64,000 bases of DNA from the human T2T-CHM13v2.0 reference genome, Homo sapiens (GCF_009914755.1 NC_060932.1), one strand, 5' to 3'. Numbered from the stretch's first letter, positions 40,053-57,899 are shown. Made by a program: numbers and translations. The notes: generated by a model from the sequence alone, not told the origin.

Positions 40053-40975
40053 GGGAGGAGCCAAGATGGCCGAATAGGAACAGCTCCGGTCTACAGCTCC
40101 CAGCATGAGCGACGCAGAAGACGGGTGATTTCTGCATTTCCATCTGAGGTACCAGGTTCATCTCACTAGGGAATGCCAGACAGTGGGTGCAGGTCAGTGG
40201 GTGGGTGCAGGTCAGTGGGTGCGCACACCGTGCGCAAGCCGAACCAGGGCGAGGCATTGCCTCACTCGGGAAGCGCAAGGGGTCAGGGAGTTCCCTTTCC
40301 TAGTCAAAGAAAGGGGTGACAGATGGCACCTGAAAAATTGTGTCACTCCCACCCGAATACTGCGCTTTCCCGACGGGCTTAAAAAATGGCACACCAGGAG
40401 ATTAAAACCCGCACCTGGCTCGGAGGGTCCTACGCCCACGGAGTCTCGCTGATTGCTAGCACAGCAGTCTGAGATCAAACTGCAAGGCGGCAGCAAGGCT
40501 GGGGGAGGGGCGCCCACCATTGCCCAGGCTTGCTTAGGTAAACAAAGCAGCCCCGAAGCTGGAACTGAGTGGAGCCCACCACAGCTCAAGGAGGCCTGCC
40601 TGCCTCTGTAGGCTCCACCTCTGGGGGCAGGGCACAGACAAACAAAAAGACAGCAGTAACCTCTGCAGACTTAAATGTCCCTGTCTGACAGCTTTGAAGA
40701 GAGCAGTGGTTCTCCCAGCATGCAGCTGGAGATCTGAGAACGGGCAGACTGCCTCCTCAAGTGGGTCCCTGACCCCTGACCCCCAAGCAGCCTAACTGGG
40801 AGGTACCACCCAGCAGGGGCAGACTGACACCTCACACGGCTGGGTACTCCAACAGACCTTCAGCTGAGGGTCCTGTCTGTTAGAAGGAAAACTAACAAAC
40901 AGAAAGGACATCCACACCAAAAACCCATCTGTACATCACCATCATCAAAGACCAAAAGTAGATAAAACCACAAAG
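40053..40975 (+). promoter_or_regulatory. L1 5'UTR internal sense promoter and antisense promoter, YY1 site at the 5' end
   Basis: caagatggccg YY1 motif near 40062; CpG-retaining 5'UTR; function assumed from known L1 biology. Confidence 0.75.
40212..40520 (-). CDS. L1 ORF0-like antisense ORF, 102 aa
   Basis: MVGAPPPALLPPCSLISDCCASNQRDSVGVGPSEPG matches the known ORF0 N-terminus; open to the stop at 40212. Confidence 0.6.
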   Translation of the reverse strand: MVGAPPPALLPPCSLISDCCASNQRDSVGVGPSEPGAGFNLLVCHFLSPSGKRSIRVGVTQFFRCHLSPLSLTRKGNSLTPCASRVRQCLALVRLAHGVRTH

Positions 40976-41992
40976 ATGGGGAAAAAACAGAGCAGAAAAA
41001 CTGGAAACTCTAAAAAGCAGAGCACCTCTCCTCCTCCAAAGGAATGCAGTTTCTCACCAGCAACGGAACAAAGCTGGACGGAGAATGACTTTGACGAGCT
41101 GAGAGAAGAAGGCTTCAGATGATCAAATTACTCTGAGCTATGGGAGGACATTCAAACCAAAGGCAAAGAAGTTGAAAACTTTGAAAAAAATTTAGAAGAA
41201 TGTATAACTAGAATAACCAATACAGAGAAGTGCTTAAAGGAGCTGATGGAGCTGAAAACCAAGGCTCGAGAACTACGTGAAGAATGCAGAAGCCTCAGGA
41301 GCCGATGCGATCAACTGGAAGAAAGAGTATCAGCGATGGAAGATGAAATGAATGAAATGAAGTGAGAAGGGAAGTTTAGAGAAAAAAGAATAAAAAGAAA
41401 CGAGCAAAGCCTCCAAGAAATATGGGACTATGTGAAAAGACCAAATCTATGTCTGATTGGTGTACCTGAAAGTGACGGGGAGAATGGAATCAAGTTGGAA
41501 AACACTCTGCACGATATTATCCAGGAGAACTTCCCCAATCTAGCAAGGCAGGCCAACATTCAGATTCAGGAAATACTGAGAACTCCACAAAGATACTCCT
41601 CGAGAAGAGCAACTCCAAGACACATAATTGTCAGATTCACCAAAGTTGAAATGAAGGAAAAAATGTTAAGGGCAGCCAGAGAGAAAGGTCGGGTTACCCT
41701 GAAAGGGAAGCCCATCAGACTAACAGCGGATCTCTCGGCAGAAACCCTACAAGCCAGAAGAGAGTGGGGGCCAATATTCAACATTCTTAAAGAAAAGAAT
41801 TTTCAACCCAGAATTTCATATCCAGCCAAACTAAGCTTCATAAGTGAAGGAGAAATAAAATCTTTTCCAGACAAGCAAATGCTGAAAGATTTTGTCACCA
41901 CCAGGCCTGCCCTACAAGAGCTCCTGAAGGAAGCGCTAAACATGGAAAGGAACAACTGGTACTAGCCGCTGCAAACTCATGCCAAAATGTAA
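40976..41992 (+). pseudogene. L1 ORF1, 338 codons with three nonsense codons
   Basis: ATG 40976, TAA 41990-41992; in-frame stops at 41120 (codon 49), 41363 (codon 130) and 41963 (codon 330). Confidence 0.93.
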
Positions 41993-42040
41993 AGACCATC
42001 GAGACTAGGAAGAAACTGCATCAACTAATGAGCAAAATAA

Positions 42041-45883
<3,843 letters not shown>

Positions 45884-46178
45884 ACAATGAGAACACATGG
45901 ACACAGGAAGGGGAACATCACACTCTGGGGACTGTTGTGGGGTGGGGGGAGCGGGGAGGGATTGCATTGGGAGATATACCTAATGCGAGATGACGAGTTA
46001 GAGGGTGCAGTGCACCAGCATGGCACATGTATACATATGTAACTAACGTGCACATTGTGTACATGTACCCTAAAACTTAAAATATAATAATAAAAAAAAG
46101 ACAGAAAGAAACACAGAACAGAAAGGACAAATAGAAAGCACAAAATAAAAGCAAATAATAAAATAAAATAAAATTTAC

Positions 46179-46735
46179 CCATTTTAAGTATATAATAAAC
46201 ATTTTTAAATTTCTGAGTTGTGAAACCATCATCATAATGCAGTTTGAAGACACTGTCATCACCCCAGCGATTCCTCATGCCTATTTATAGTTAATAATAT
46301 CCATGTCTGCTCTTAGACCCAGGAAGCCACTGATATACTTTCTGTTCCTATACATTTGCCTATTCTAGAAATTTCATATAAATGGAATAATACTGTATAT
46401 GTTATTTTAGGTCTGGCCTCTTTCACTTAAATAATGTTTTTGTGGTTCATCCATGTTGCAGCCATGTTGCAGTATGACCATGTTACATAGGAAAAAGTAG
46501 TTTATTGCTTTTTATTGATGAATACTAGTACTCCCTGTTTGGATTCACTACATTTTGTACGTCTGTTCATGAGTTGGTGGACATTTGGATTGTTTTTAAT
46601 ACTGGGCTAGTATTAATAGTGTGGCTATAAAGATTTTTATGCAAATCTTTCTGTGGACATGTTTTTGTTTCTCATGAGAGATTCCTAGGAGTGGAATTGC
46701 TGGGTCATATGACAGATTTATATTTAACTTAACAT
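46179..46735 (-). mobile_element. Old L1M 3' fragment, continuing 39990-40050 (host of the young L1)
   Basis: actttgttgaggcataattt...atttac and ccattttaag join into an antisense L1M 3' end; ctaggagtggaattgctgggtcatatg. Confidence 0.8.
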
Positions 46736-46769
46736 TTCTAGTTTGCAATTCTTAAGGGAACAAAATTAA

Positions 46770-47340
46770 TGTTGTGAAACATAGAATTACCAAATAGTCT
46801 ACCAAGTCCACTCCTAGGAATATATCCAAACAAATTGAAAACAGGTATTTGAGGAAAAACCTTTACAAAACTGTTCATAGCAACACTATTCATAATAAAC
46901 AAGAGCTGTAAATAACCCAACATACATGAACTAATGAATGGATAAACTATATGAGAGAACGTTATTCAGTCATAAGAAATAGAGTTCTATTGCATGCTGC
47001 AACATGGAAGAACATTGAAAACATTACACTAAGTAAAAGAGGCCAGACATAAAAGCTTACATATTCTATGATTTCATTTACATGAAATATCCAGAATTGG
47101 CTAATTCACGGAGACAGAAAGTAGATTAGGGTTTTCTAGGGGCCAGGGAGGAAAGAAAAAAGGGAAGTGAGTATTTAATGGATTTGAGGTTTTCTTTTGG
47201 GGTGATGAAAAATTTCTATAGTTAGATAGTTGTGATGGTTGCACAGCATTGTGAATGTACCTAATGCCATTCAATCTTAACTTTAAAATATAAAACGGTA
47301 AATGTTATGTTACGTGCATTTTACCATAATAAAAAAAGCT
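46770..47340 (+). mobile_element. L1MB-type 3' fragment
   Basis: ccactcctaggaatatatcc, tggttgcacagcattgtgaatgtacctaatgcca, A-rich end. Confidence 0.8.
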
Positions 47341-49084
47341 GTGTGTGATCCGCAAACAGAAAGTCTAAAATCCACATGAATAGAGATTAATTTGCTTTGG
47401 TACACTGCTTTTGGAGAATCAGAATGCTTAGGGAAATGATGCTTTCTTAGAATCAATTAGTCATCCTCATAGTTCCTGAATTCAGTGTCTACCATGTCCA
47501 TGCATTGTTCTAGGAGCTTTACAGACATTATTTCTAATTTTTATAGTACTCCAACTAGGCAGGTGTTGTTAATTCCATTTTTAAGACTAGGAAACACAAG
47601 CTCTAAAAGATTAACACATTCATAGTCACAGAGCTCATAAATGCTGAAACCGGGAGTTAAGAGATATTCTCTTTTACTCTAAAGCCTGTGGATTTTACAC
47701 TGTATTTTGTTGTTCCAAAATTGTTTGAGCGTATTCTAGCTGGAAGGCACCGTGCACAAAAGAATAGCAAAACAAAGCATTATTATCAAAGAAGGCAGAA
47801 GGACCTGGAGAGGGACTCTATTATTGAATATCTCAGAGTTTTAGGAAATTCACGTTGTGTTTAACGCTAGTGGACCCCTGGGTAAACTGGAACAATGACC
47901 ATAATGAATCCCATATTGTAACATGACAGTTCTTAGCTCAATATATGCTTACTATAAGCTGATTTCAAATATTTTGGCTTACTGCCAGGAAGAACGCAGA
48001 GCTTGTAATTTCAATTACATGGTATTTCAAGTAGAACCTTGTCTTAATATTGAAGGGTGGCATTAGAGTTGACTGCCAGGACAGCAACAAGTTTCAGAGA
48101 AGGATTGTTATTTTTAAATTACTTTAAGGACCAAGTGGACCAGCTCACCCCTGTGCTTGAAAAGACTGCAAAGGCTAAAGGACTTAATACTTGGTGAGTC
48201 TTAATAGAAAAATGTAGGTTGCGTGAAGTGGTTTTTTATAGAATCTCAATAGTAAGTTAAAACTCTTATACACCACACAGTATTGAGGGATAAGAGGCTT
48301 AAATTACAGTCAGCCTCTTATGCTGTGGGTTAGGATTTATTTGAAATACAGATTTACCAATAGTTGTTAGAAAAACATGAAATTACTTTGAGAAGTATTT
48401 GGCCATACTAAGTGAAGTAAACAAAAAATATGACAAACAAACTAATGAAAACCACTTCTAAGCCTGCAGATAGACTATAGGGGTTATAAGAAATATATGA
48501 ATTATTTTATTATGACGTTTGGGAAATTAATAGTAAAATTTATATTTATAAAATATAAAATATATATTTGAATTTTAAAAAATTATTATATTACAAATAA
48601 ACTCAAAATCTCTTGTATAAGTTCATCTATATATACATACCCACAGTGCATGAACTTTCTTCAGATCATAAGATGAAAGCATTAAGATTTTTATGTTTTA
48701 GTTTAATTGCAGTTTCAGCCTCATAGGCTCAGAGAATGTGGAGAACTCTAACAGCAGTTGAATTCTCAACCATCTAATATTAAGAAGTCTTCCAACATTT
48801 CCTTAACTTCTCCAGGTTAAAAGAAACTAAGACTTCCTTTAAGAGAGGGAACGTATCTCTGTTAAACTTGTAAGAGAGTTCTTCCAGTTCTTCCTCATTT
48901 AGAGTGATCAAAATTTGATTCCTTTTACCTTCCACAGATTGTGCTGATGTCTCATTAAATTAAATTTCCCTGCCTTCAAATTCTATGAGCCAACAACTCC
49001 TTAAACTTTTCTAATTAGTCCCCTGGCATGACTTATACTTGTAAGTTCATTGCTCATCCTGTGGGACCTTCCCTTTGACCTGGT

Positions 49085-49281
49085 TCTACTGTGCTGGAAC
49101 CAGGCGGTATGGCTCCCTGGCTGGGTAGGGCCATCTTTCCCCAACTTTATACAATGACATCACATTGGTACCTTGAAATCAGCCCTATGGGAGGATTTAT
49201 TCCACAGAAATCAACAAATGCTTTAAGAGCCTTAATTTTCTTCTGGAGAACTGGTTGTTAAACTTTTACCATGTCCCACTG
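49085..49281. mobile_element. MER63-like hAT DNA transposon remnant
   Basis: gtgctggaaccagg...ccttgaaatcagcc...ctggttgttaaacttttacc...cactg. Confidence 0.55.
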
Positions 49282-52200
49282 ATACTAAGAATTCAGATAG
49301 GAAATATAGAAAATGATGCTATAAAAACTGACAAGTGACTTCTTTTAGGGCCTCACCAGCAAGCTTCGTTGTGGATGCGCAGTGGAAGTACTGGGAATTT
49401 GTGTCCTTCGAGAGTTTTCCATAGGGTTGTGTATATAATGGGTGACTGGTATTTTCCGACTTGAATTAATGTGGGGAATTTTTCTCCCATTCTTGTATAA
49501 AATAGCGGTGGAATTCTATACTTCATAGATCAGAGACCAGCTGGTTGAGTTGGAAAAATGTTTCTTAATTTTAACTTTATTTTTTATGTTTAGGCCAGGA
49601 TTTCTCTCTAGTTAGCTCTTGAATTGTGTTTTTTTGAATATCAAGAAACCATCCATATATTTGTAGGTAGGTCTTTTTGAGAATCGTATGGTTCTAATTT
49701 CCTCCCAATCCACCAGAAAATGTTGTTGATTTTTAAAAATGACAGGCAGTATCTTGTGAAGCTCTGTATTGCCACACATTATTTTGTCCTTGAAGGAAAG
49801 CTTAAAAGAAAATGACAGCATATTTTATGGTCATAACACAGCAATATTGAAAACATGTTCTCGTAGATAAAGGAAATGATCACTGTTTTGTAAATAATGA
49901 GCACTCTTGGATCATATAAATGTGATTGTGAGTGCTGAATATTAAATTTAATACACAACTTGACCCTGCTTTTTTAATCAACTGAGATAATAAATATTAA
50001 GTTGCTAACATGGCCCCTCTCACTAAACCGATTGCATGAAGCCTTGTAGAAAAAAAGTGGAAAGTGAAATGGTTTTAGCCTTAAAAACATAATGGTTCTC
50101 TAAGGAAAATTATCTAAATGCACTAAGATGAAAACCATTAAGTAAATTGTATGATGTAGACTGTATACATAATGTCAGTTTAGAGATAGGAGAGCTTTCC
50201 ATAGATTGGAAGAGTTAGATAAGATTTCAAGGGAGGATTGAACTTGATCTTTGTTATCACAGAAATTGTTTTTAGCATTTGTTTCACTAGTTAATGTAGC
50301 ACAGTATCTCCTTCTAGATTTACAAAGTAACAGCATAAGGAAAACAGGAAACTAGGAGTCCAGCCTCAGTTACATTTTATGTGACCCTCTTTTAGAATTT
50401 AATGTAGTTTACTGAGATAGGCCCTGTCCTACAAATTATGTTTTGAAAACCGTTTTTCATTGAGGAATGTGGTTTCAAACATGATAAAGAGAATTCTGAT
50501 GTGTGAATAACATCCTCCATATTGTTGAAATTGACTAATCACTTTGATCTGTCATGCATGGCCCCTGCATGACATTTCTTGGTGTGTGTTCTGCTCCTGG
50601 CCAGGAATAGAGTCACAGTCATTGGTGCCAAGCCCTTTCAGTGGCTGCTGGAGAGGTCAAGTCATGCTCTAGTCAGGAGCAAGAAGCTCTGAGAATGAAC
50701 CTCCCACATTCTGTGCAAGTACCAGTATCTGTAGTTGATGTCTAGCATTTGGTTACCATGTTCTTTCAAGCAATTTTGTGAATGGATTAACTGGAAAAAA
50801 AAATCACTTAAAAAATAAAAAAGGGCCGGGAGCAATTTAGTTCAACAAAGTGTTTAAAAAATGCAGAGCTACATGGATCACATTATGGTATGAGAAAAAC
50901 CAAACTAATAAATCAGACTGTAAACTAATAAAACATACTGTTGACCTTAGAAAAAGTAAAATCCTGAAAAAGTGTATCCTGAAAGCGTTACTTTTACATT
51001 TCTTCTAAAGCTATGCAAAATTGCTACCTTAGTTCAAAGTGGAGAAAAGAAGCCAAAATCTGCTACCAGGAATGAAGTTGACAAGTATGTTCTTTCATGA
51101 TTACTTTGTATTGAGGCATAACATTCCTTTTCGATGTAAACAGGGTTTTTAAGAATCTAGAAAGGAATGTTAAACAGCAGGTGAAGGTTGGAAGCTTGAG
51201 GCCAAAGAAGACATTAAGTAAACTGAACCCATCCAAATTTCCCTGGGCCTTGAATAAATCTAGAGCCTGGGAAGAATACCCAAGGCTGTCCCAGCCACAG
51301 TGAATTAACGTCTGAGCTAAATGAAGCTGTACTATTTGCATGAATGACTTCTGGGATTTTTAAGAAGACAGAAATACGATGACCACTCTAAAAGTCTCTA
51401 CCTCTGAAATTCTACTTTATAAAACTTTGAAGGTGACATGGGTATCATAGTCTATTACCAGTCACGGAAAAAGTACACTTAGAATTGTTTATATAAAATG
51501 TCTACCTGTATATGAAAAGCTGAGGTAGAACAAATTTTTCAGGGCAACTGTACTATATATATCTATTAACTTTGGTTAAACATAGGATAGACACATTGGA
51601 ATTTTTTTTAGTGGCCATGTAACCTTTGATTAGTAAATAGTATACTTATATATTTTTCTGTATTCAAAAGCTTAGAAATATTTAGCCTTGTAGGAAATTT
51701 CTGGACACTACAAAACTGAAAATTTTATAGCACAACTAGGACACATTTTTTTGGTTGCTTATTCTGATGAAATAATGTGTCCTATGTCATTATAAATATT
51801 CACACTATTTCAAATTTCTTCCTTTCGACTTGCAGTAAATATTTTGTACTAAGCATGTATAAGATCTTTCTAGAAGACAACAGGGCCACTGCATTCAAAC
51901 TAAAGCCCAAGTTCAACCTTAGAAGAACTGTCAAGATTCAGTGATGAGGGAAAGTTGTATTCCGGATTATGTGAGTGTCTTCCTGACACTGAAAATTTTG
52001 AGTCTGCTCTAATTCCCTGTGGACTCCAACAGAAGAAACTGGCATAATGGCAGTTTCAGTAATAATAGTAATAGAGTAATAAGCCAGCATTATAAAGGTG
52101 TTGCCTTTTATATATGGAAAATTTATTATTTGCTCATGACTATGCTATGTTCTTCATAGATATTTTGTAACATCTTCATACCAATCCTATGTAGTAGATA

Positions 52201-52478
52201 TCTGATACCAATTTTACAGTTGTAGAAACTGCTGCCGGGAGGCTCAGTAATCTTTGAAGATTACACAGCCAGGGAAGAGCAGAGCCAGGTTTTGACACCA
52301 GGTCACATGGTGCTACAACCTCCACTCTTAATTCTAATACCTTGCCTTCTCTTGTGTAGACGTCCAACCTCCTATGGTTGTCCAAGCCACCTAGGTAACT
52401 AGGGGGAACTGTATCCTTCACATTCTAAGAAGTCACTTCGTGTACAAATATATTTGTGGCTTAAAACTAAGAGTAACT

Positions 52479-52796
<318 letters not shown>

Positions 52797-53357
52797 CCAG
52801 AGTGACTCCCAAATGTAGATGGACAGTGCATATGAGAGCCGCCAGTGGCCTTGCTCTTTAAATTATGTCTGATGGCCCCTGTGCTGAATACAGTACCCTG
52901 GCACAGAATGTGTGCTTGAATGAGGAAACAGGATTCAGGGACTTTATTTTTCCTACATTTGCAGCCTCAAAGGGATATAAATGCTCTGATGCTATAGATC
53001 ACTTACACAGAATTAATTCCATTATGTACTAATTCACTCTATTTTGAAAAGTGTAACTCTACTGAACTTCTGGCCTATGATTCTAGAAAATGCACTGTGA
53101 CACTAACTCATTCATTCATTTTTCATCCAACCAGCATTTGCTAAGCACCTCTGCTGGGCATTCTGTTGATCGGAAGTGTATACTTCTGAAGTAACGGGTA
53201 GGGGGTGGGAGGACAATTTTAATTATAAATGGAAACTTTAAGGATGGAAAGGAGGTACTCAAAGAAAAGAAAGAAAAAAGTATGAAAGCTTAAATAATAT
53301 GTTACTTAAGTACTCTGAGTTTGTTTAGTTTTGCTTTTTAATTTCCAATTTATTTAA

Positions 53358-53394
53358 TTTCCAATTTATAAATCACTGATTTATAAATTGGAAA
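53358..53394. repeat. Perfect 18-bp inverted repeat with 1-nt spacer
   Basis: tttccaatttataaatca-c-tgatttataaattggaaa. Confidence 0.95.
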
Positions 53395-54046
53395 AATGTT
53401 AAAGTATGTTCATCAAAAGAAGACTGGTAAGGGAGTAAATCTGTACACGAAAACATGCCAAAAACTGTATCAGTAAATAAATATTCTGATCAATATTTTC
53501 AATAATTTAGATTGTGTTGATTGATATGATTTTAAACAGGACTAGCTTGTTGCTCTATGAAAATCTAGAGCTTCCCATATGGATATTTCTTCTTAAAGAT
53601 GAAAGAGAACTCTTATTTAGTTAAACACAGTTGACAGATGGGTTAATAAATGATTTACACATAGGGTGATTAGATGCCTACCAAGTATACTATTCATGAA
53701 TTAAAACAATTCCTCCTTCACAAGATAAAAAAAGGTATCTTAGCACACTTGCATTTCATAGTTGAATGGCATTGTTAGATTGAAAATAAATTTGATTCCG
53801 TTTTAAAGTCTTGCTGTGCAACTGAGAAAAGACACAACTTTAAAAATTATTTATTTTTTTTTTATGATCAGGATCCTTCAAGCCAACTTTCAAAATGAAG
53901 ATTAAACCATGTGCTTTCAACAAGAGAGCTCTGCAGGTCCTGTGTCCCTCCAGATTATCTAATGGAGGACTCTGGAGGCAGTGGGTCAGTGACGGATGTT
54001 AACCAGCTCACTTTAACAAGTGCGAAAGATTAAAAACAAAAATGTT

Positions 54047-54350
54047 AGCCGGGCGCAGTGGCTCACGCCTGTAATCCCAGCACTTTGGGAGGCTGAGGCG
54101 GGCGGATCACCTGAGGTCAGGAGTTCAAGACCAGCCAGGCCAACATGGTGAAACCCCGTCTCTACTAAAAATACAAAAATTAGCCGGGTATGATGGCGGG
54201 CGCCTGTAGTCCCAGCTTCTGAGGCAGGTGAATCACTTGAACCGGGGAGGCGGAAGCTGCAGTGAGCCGAGGTCACGCCACTGCACTCCAGCCTGGGCAA
54301 TAGAGTGAGACTCCGTCTCAAAAAAATAAATAAATAAATAAATAAATAAA
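54047..54350 (+). mobile_element. AluS-type element with (AAAT)n tail
   Basis: Full dimer with a short right-arm deletion; TSD acaaaaatgtt on both sides. Confidence 0.94.
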
Positions 54351-55940
54351 GCACAAAAATGTTGCTTATAGGGAATATTGTGGTGAACATGTAAAGAGTA
54401 GGTGCAAAATTTACATTTAGGCCAAGCTGAATTTTGATTCTCTTCTGAGAAGTAAACATAACGTACAATGGATAGAATGTGGACTGTGGAGTTCCAGAGA
54501 CCCAAGGTCAAATCTGGCTTGGTTTTTTAGCTCTAAGATGTTGGGCAAGTAATACAGTCTCTCTGAGCTTACTATTTTTACTCATAAAACATATAACATC
54601 AACTTTATATGGTTCTAGGAAGGATTAATTGAGATATGTAAAGTGCTTAAAATGGCAGGTATGTAACTCATTCACAATTGTTCCAGATTCTCCTGGATTC
54701 TTGGATTGGAATAGCCCAACAAAGTACACGTTCAGTCAGTCAGCAAATATTTACTGCGTGCCTGCTGTGTGCCAGGCACACTGATGGCATCGGGGATGCA
54801 ATTACAATGAGACTCCGCCTTTGTCCATAATGAGTTTCCACTCTGTTTGAGGAAATAATGACATAAACATGAAATTTGGCCAGTCTAGGATGCCCACTGC
54901 TAGGACAGTAGCAAAGAAGGCAAAACAAATGGCTCATATATTTTTAAAAATTTTCTCTGCTTTATACAAACAGTAAAATTGAGTAACTTCTCCTCATCTC
55001 ATGTGGAATTGTTTATTTTGTTTCTGTGGGTCAGTAGATTTTGGTAGTCCACCCCATAGTAGTATAACAGCAGATTCTCAAGCTAAGCCAGAATCAGGTC
55101 AGTAGCACAGGATGGTTCTTTTATGAAGTTAAGGTCAAGCCGTACTCCTTAGTCTGCAGTGGCCTTGGCTGGGAACACCAGGCCAAAATATCCTCTCTAG
55201 AAACAAGTGATATATGAACATATTTACATTTGTTCTGAGAAATCAGGGAGTATAGTCCCATCATTAAGGACTATCTATCTCTAATTAAGCTTTTCAAGTC
55301 AGCTAACTTTAGTCCAAACTCTGGCAGGAAGAGTTATAAGGGATCGTGGCGGCTTGCTTTCTGCGTGGGAACCTGGGGGCTTTGCAGAACTGCACTTCTT
55401 ACATCTCAAGCAGAGATGATATAGAGACTGTACATTATTCCCTTGGACTTTGTTTTTATTTTTTTATGATTCTTATAGGCATATCCATTTAAATAGTGTA
55501 TTATATCTAATAAGTAGACTTCCTTACTAAATGGTCCGGACTTTCCTCAATGGATAAAAATTGTTCTAAACTCAGCAGTAAAAGCAATTGGATTTATACT
55601 TATTTTTCCTATAATCATTCTTAGCAACTGGCACAGCTGTGATCTTACTGTCATTTCTTACAATTATGATAAAGATAAGAACTAGTTAGTTTAGCTTTAA
55701 CTATTTGCATTTCCAAAAAGAGCACCTGAACTTTCAAAGGAAATGATCTTAAAAAATTATACGTAGACACATACATACATATACACAAACACACACACAT
55801 ATGAAATATATACACACAGACCATATTCCTCTTAATCATTCTAACCAAATCTTTGCACATGTATATCCAAGTCACATTTTTTACCCATTATATAGACATT
55901 CATTTTACTTACAGGAAGAAAAAAATATTAAATTATCAAC

Positions 55941-56018
55941 TTAATTTAAAGTTAACATCTATTTAACTTTAAAGTTAAATTTAACTACAATTTAATTTAA
56001 AGTTAACATCTGTTAACT
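55941..56018. repeat. AT-rich patchwork: 20-bp direct repeat bracketing a perfect 20-bp palindrome
   Basis: ttaatttaaagttaacatct at 55941 and 55992; atttaactttaaagttaaat at 55961-55980. Confidence 0.9.
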
Positions 56019-57899
56019 AGAAGTTATTCCATCCTCATTCAAATAAAAACAACAGTAGAGGATCTAGTCTTTCTTTATGCTGAAGGATCAGAAATTAGCA
56101 AAATGCAATTTTGTGTTTTCTTGTTTCTTCACACACCCACCCCATTCATCCTCATTGTTTCAGTTTCTCCTGGTGTGGGACTTATATTTCCAGCCTGCCA
56201 AAAGTGAGAGCTTTCTCAACAGTGAACTCTCAAAAGATTTCTTAGCTGTGAAAGAATTACAGAATGCCAAGAAGTACCTTGTCGGGGTCTACTGAATTTA
56301 CATATACATGTGGGAATGAATAAGTGGTGTGTTTGTTTGAATATTAGTCAAAAATGTAAAGAAAGTTATCCTTGATTTTTCTGACTACCTTTCAGATTAT
56401 CTTGCAGGATGCATGTTTGTTTAAAATTCACTGAATTCTTAAGTAGGATTTTGAATGGATTGATGGATAAAACTATTTTCAAAAAATAATTTAGTATAGC
56501 ATTGAAAGAACATGCTATATTCACTTTCTAGGCTTAGTGCATCCATTCATTCCACAAACATCTATTAAGCATTTTCTATGGTGAAATCCTGTGAGGTACT
56601 GGGAATCTGGAAATGAAAGATATACTCATTGCCATTAAAGCACTTACAGTATGACAGGAAGGGCAGCTGAATGAACAGATGTTTGTGAGAGTACGGAAGT
56701 GCTGTGACAGAAGTATGCATGGCATGCCTAGGAGAGGCAGAGGCACACAAAGTAGGCTGCAGGGTGGAGCATGATCAGAAATAGCTTCCTGGAGAAGTTG
56801 GCCTGTGGCTTGATAGTGAAGGGAGTTGCTGGGAAGAGTCATTACAACACAGGCGGAGGACAGCCTGCGGAGGCCACCCACAGGTCAGCACAGCTGGAGA
56901 ATTAGGTGATGGGGGGCCGTGATGTTGGAGTGGCAGGTCATAATGAAAATGAGAATCATTTCTCCAGTGCCTAGCTCTGTGATTTATAGGTATTGCCTCT
57001 AATTCTTTCAATCGAAAGCATTCTTAGTTGTAGTGTCTTTACAACTGAGAAAGAGAGACTTGGAAAATTGAAGTGACTTGCCTCAGAGGCCACACATACC
57101 TAATAAATGAGTGTCAGAAAAAAAGGATTCAGACCCAATCTCATGTCCAAATCCAATTTGGAGCTTGATTTCCAGGGAGTGTTGAATAATGTGTTTATAT
57201 TCTGGAAGCTTGGAGGAGACACTGAATGATTCAAACCCTTGTGCCTACTTCTTCCTCCTGGCAGAAATGAACTAATTTATCTGAGCATGAGACTCTTTGC
57301 AATATTACTTATTAAATTCTCATAAGAGCCTAACAAAGGATTTCATAACTCACAGTAGGTTTTTTTTCCTTTAAATGACTTTATGTATATTTTCAAGGAG
57401 TTCATTTGTCCATAATAATTTACACTGAGGTTTAATGTAAATAATTTGTTGGGTTGACCCTGGAGTAGCAAAACTAAGAAGTGGAAAATATCTACCTGAG
57501 ATAATGGAAGGAGAACTGGATTAGGAGTCCAGTGTGTGAGTTTAAATCAGCCTCTATCACTGTTTAAATATTTAATTTGACTAATACAATGGTTGGTTTC
57601 ATTTCCTGTCTTCTAGAAGACCATAGGCTATGGATTCCTAGCTCTACCTTGGAATCTTTTTCGTCTCAGCTTCTACAGCTGTAAAATAGAAGTATTTCCT
57701 TGGCAGGAATATTGAGAGTAGCAGTACATATGCCTGGTCTATAGCCGGTACTGGATAAAGGCCAATTTCCTTACCTTGATTCAGATGATGACACAGTCAA
57801 AAGCAAGGCTATCTGAATACTTTTCCACCTTCTTCTCCCAAATTAAATGCAACAAGGTTATAATTATGAGAAACAAGGGACAATCTAATTCTATCCCCT

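Noticed and set aside
52835-52852. CTCF-like motif (ggccactggcggctc on the minus strand)
   Set aside because: The core spacing is one base short of the consensus.
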